From Methanomicrobiales archaeon (GTDB lineage: Archaea; Halobacteriota; Methanomicrobia; Methanomicrobiales; Methanospirillaceae), in assembly GCA_037137755.1 (NCBI GenBank), contig JBAXJR010000006.1:19653-83652 (forward strand): DNA of 64,000 nt, read 5' to 3'. How positions within the stretch are numbered: position 1 is the stretch's first letter; the number at the start of each line of letters is the position of its first letter. Positions 61,922 through 64,000 of the stretch are shown piece by piece. The translations under genes and the position numbers were made by a program. The notes under the pieces are model-generated. The model saw only the letters and a program-made list of their open reading frames with translations, had not been told where the DNA came from and made no database searches.

Positions 61922-62680
61922 TTAAAGTGATGAAACGAATGAGGACCACTTTGTCCGTCCGGTCATCACAAAAACTCCTCCGGTCCTTACTTCTTCATGC
62001 ATCGCATGAACATACCCGAGGGCTGAAGTGTTCCCTATTCCAATCAGAGACCGCGACCCCACAGAGAACATGCCCGATCCGTGACCGGTTGCATCCATGT
62101 TCATCACCATACTATCCGGCTGCTCAGTGTCACCCTGGCTAATCCCGCCAGCCGAATTATAATTCAAAGAATCAGTCATGAACATCGTCGAAACCCCAGC
62201 ATATTCGCAATAAGCAGATCTGCTGAAATTTGCACCTTCAACATCTAGCGAGTCTGATCCACATGTCACCCCGGCAGCCGGTGACCCGACTGAGTAAACC
62301 ATCAACGCCTCCGACAGGATCCCGGGCCCCTGGCTGTCCACCTGCTGCCCTGTCGAGAACTCGAGTATTTCATCCGCCGACAATGACCTATCTCCTGAGT
62401 ACGTCCCGGGACCGTTCACTAGGACTGATCCTGAATACCCACCACTAATTACCTCCTGCCCTATCCCGAGCGGAGGAACCTTAGTCAAATCCCCATCAGA
62501 TGCAGCCCAGGTCCAATCTGATGAGCTGCATAACATCTGATCACCTGTTGCAGATATCGCCACCTCGCAAGAGGCAGCCTGGGCCGGGGGTATCCCGGTG
62601 TAGGCCACACCAAGCACTACGGCAGCGAAAATGCAACCGCCAATGACCAGCTTCCTCCGTTGCATCAGTCGCTTAATCAT
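61922..62680 (-). CDS. Secreted Gly/Ser-rich beta-strand protein
   Basis: Signal peptide ending AQA-A; ATGA overlap with the upstream gene. Confidence 0.75.
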   Translation of the reverse strand: MIKRLMQRRKLVIGGCIFAAVVLGVAYTGIPPAQAASCEVAISATGDQMLCSSSDWTWAASDGDLTKVPPLGIGQEVISGGYSGSVLVNGPGTYSGDRSLSADEILEFSTGQQVDSQGPGILSEALMVYSVGSPAAGVTCGSDSLDVEGANFSRSAYCEYAGVSTMFMTDSLNYNSAGGISQGDTEQPDSMVMNMDATGHGSGMFSVGSRSLIGIGNTSALGYVHAMHEEVRTGGVFVMTGRTKWSSFVSSL

Positions 62681-63069
62681 TTCGCCTCCGTCTTTCCCGA
62701 GCCCTTGATGAGCCCGTATTCAATGTCGTACCAGGCAGACGGGACCGTGATAGTGTATGTGTCAAGCCGTTCAGCTTCGGCCTCCGCCACCTGCCGGAGA
62801 AGGCTTTCCTGCTCAATAAGTGAGTGGTCGAACGTCAGCCATCTCTTCGTGCTGTCGGTCATCCTGAATGACCGGCCCGGGACCTCCGATGGTGCAGATG
62901 TCACCGTGTCGTCGGTCGGGTCAAAGTAGCTCAGTACCCGGCTGGTTGTTTCAGTCGCAGCATTTGCAGATGCCGTCGCTTTCGTCGCTCTCCTATGCTG
63001 CACGTACGCGATGAACGCAGCAGCGAGCGTAATCAGAATCTCAATGAGGTTGGTTAATTCCGGATCCAT
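62677..63069 (-). CDS. Hypothetical protein with N-terminal TM helix
   Basis: MDPELTNLIEILITLAAAFIAYVQHRR; coupled to both neighbours. Confidence 0.75.
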   Translation of the reverse strand: MDPELTNLIEILITLAAAFIAYVQHRRATKATASANAATETTSRVLSYFDPTDDTVTSAPSEVPGRSFRMTDSTKRWLTFDHSLIEQESLLRQVAEAEAERLDTYTITVPSAWYDIEYGLIKGSGKTEAK

Positions 63070-63223
63070 GATGTTCTCCTTTTATTTTCTCATGCTCCGC
63101 ACGCAGGGCCTCGAACTCCGCACAAATTACCTCATACTTCCCGATTTTCTCATAAATCAAGAAAAGCGAAGGGTAAAGCGGAAGTACGACGCCGAGGATA
63201 AGGGCCGTAGTTTCAATATCCAT
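63041..63223 (-). CDS. Small single-TM protein with coiled-coil tail
   Basis: 60 aa; GAGGT SD-like sequence upstream; overlaps the next gene. Confidence 0.6.
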   Translation of the reverse strand: MDIETTALILGVVLPLYPSLFLIYEKIGKYEVICAEFEALRAEHEKIKGEHHGSGINQPH

Positions 63224-63301
63224 AGTGGACCTCCTCGAACAGGGGAGACCAAGAATAGAAGGAGCAGGGATGGTCCGGCTCTCCCGTGTTCAGATGGCGG
63301 T

Positions 63302-63808
63302 TCAGGCGAGTGCGGGCTTTGTGTTCGCCCAGGTGTTCACGCGGGCGACAACCGCATTGTCCTCGTAGGAGGAAACGGTTACAGCCTTCCTGGTGAACGT
63401 GACAGTATAGTCCTCACCGTTCGGGTCGTGGCAATTCAGCGAAATTGAATACCCTTCGCCTTCAGTGTCCTGAATGGGGTCACCTCCGATTGCAGTCGCA
63501 AGTGCCGAATTATTGACAAGTGCGGTTGAAGCTGCGGTGTAGCCTGCAACGGTTGATGCCTTTGCTGTTGCAGTACCCATGTTCTTCAGGGTTGTCGGGT
63601 TCTCGTACACCACACGGATTCCAAATGACTGTGTTCCACGGGTAACGCCCTGGTGGGTTATACCGGCTACAACGTGGTCCACGCACTGGAATGCGTTGGT
63701 ATCGATGACACCCTGCACGAGGGTGTTTAAGGTCGCTACATCAGCGATCTTGGTCGTAAGTGTACGGACCGACCGCTTGACATTTGCCTTCTGAATGAAA
63801 TCAGACAT
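63302..63808 (-). CDS. Conserved hypothetical protein (family I recall as multicopy in Methanomicrobiales)
   Basis: MSDF.Q.ANVK..VR.L...IADVAT, LNCHDPNGE.Y.VTF and C-terminal WANTKPALA. The family assignment is from memory only. Confidence 0.75.
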   Translation of the reverse strand: MSDFIQKANVKRSVRTLTTKIADVATLNTLVQGVIDTNAFQCVDHVVAGITHQGVTRGTQSFGIRVVYENPTTLKNMGTATAKASTVAGYTAASTALVNNSALATAIGGDPIQDTEGEGYSISLNCHDPNGEDYTVTFTRKAVTVSSYEDNAVVARVNTWANTKPALA

Positions 63809-64000
63809 TTCTTTTCTCTCCTGCCCCTTTTGGGACGTAAAGAGGGTAGGAAGGGGGATTAGAAAATAAAGGAGGCGAGCGTCACCCTAAGAAAAAATAT
63901 TTTAAAAAATAATTTTTTTTACTTTCCAGGACTATGGAAATTTAATACTAATGAAATCCGGATCTTATGATAAGTCCGATGATAGGGAATTATAAAAAAT

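Noticed and set aside
1-64000. CRISPR array, rRNA genes, intact transposase or integrase
   Set aside because: No regularly spaced repeats, rRNA signatures or recombinase motifs were seen.

Overview
Chromosomal window of a methanogenic archaeon. Gene content and order (PAN, aMBF1, PCNA-priL, Alba, tgtA/arcS/RaSEA, cdrS-ftsZ2, aroA'/aroB') point to Methanomicrobiales; this is inferred from gene families, not from a database search. Bases ~1-44,400 are mostly core genome: a near-complete aromatic amino-acid cluster, tpiA, RNase P RNA, archaeosine genes, nfnAB, moaA, rlmE, pcn-priL, rps17e-dapA-dapB-fdx-asd-alba, cdrS-ftsZ2, cobD-cobY, an ornithine cyclodeaminase-like gene and tRNA-Ser(UGA). From ~44,500 the window is accessory. 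It holds a DUF47/PhoU-domain protein coupled to a PPDK-like enzyme lacking its pyruvate-binding domain, a PEGA surface protein and an interrupted beta-carbonic anhydrase. It also holds a mobile-element-like island (~53.2-58.8 kb), in which seven tightly packed small ORFs are bracketed by two diverged, inverted copies of a ~400-500 nt structured non-coding element built from a repeated hairpin module. A Schlafen/AlbA_2 gene and a candidate rolling-circle nick site follow. The window ends with cbiM/PDGLE genes and a provirus-like module with a decayed duplicate gene end. The strongest novelty candidates are the inverted structured elements with their cargo operon, and the DUF47 + truncated-PPDK pair.
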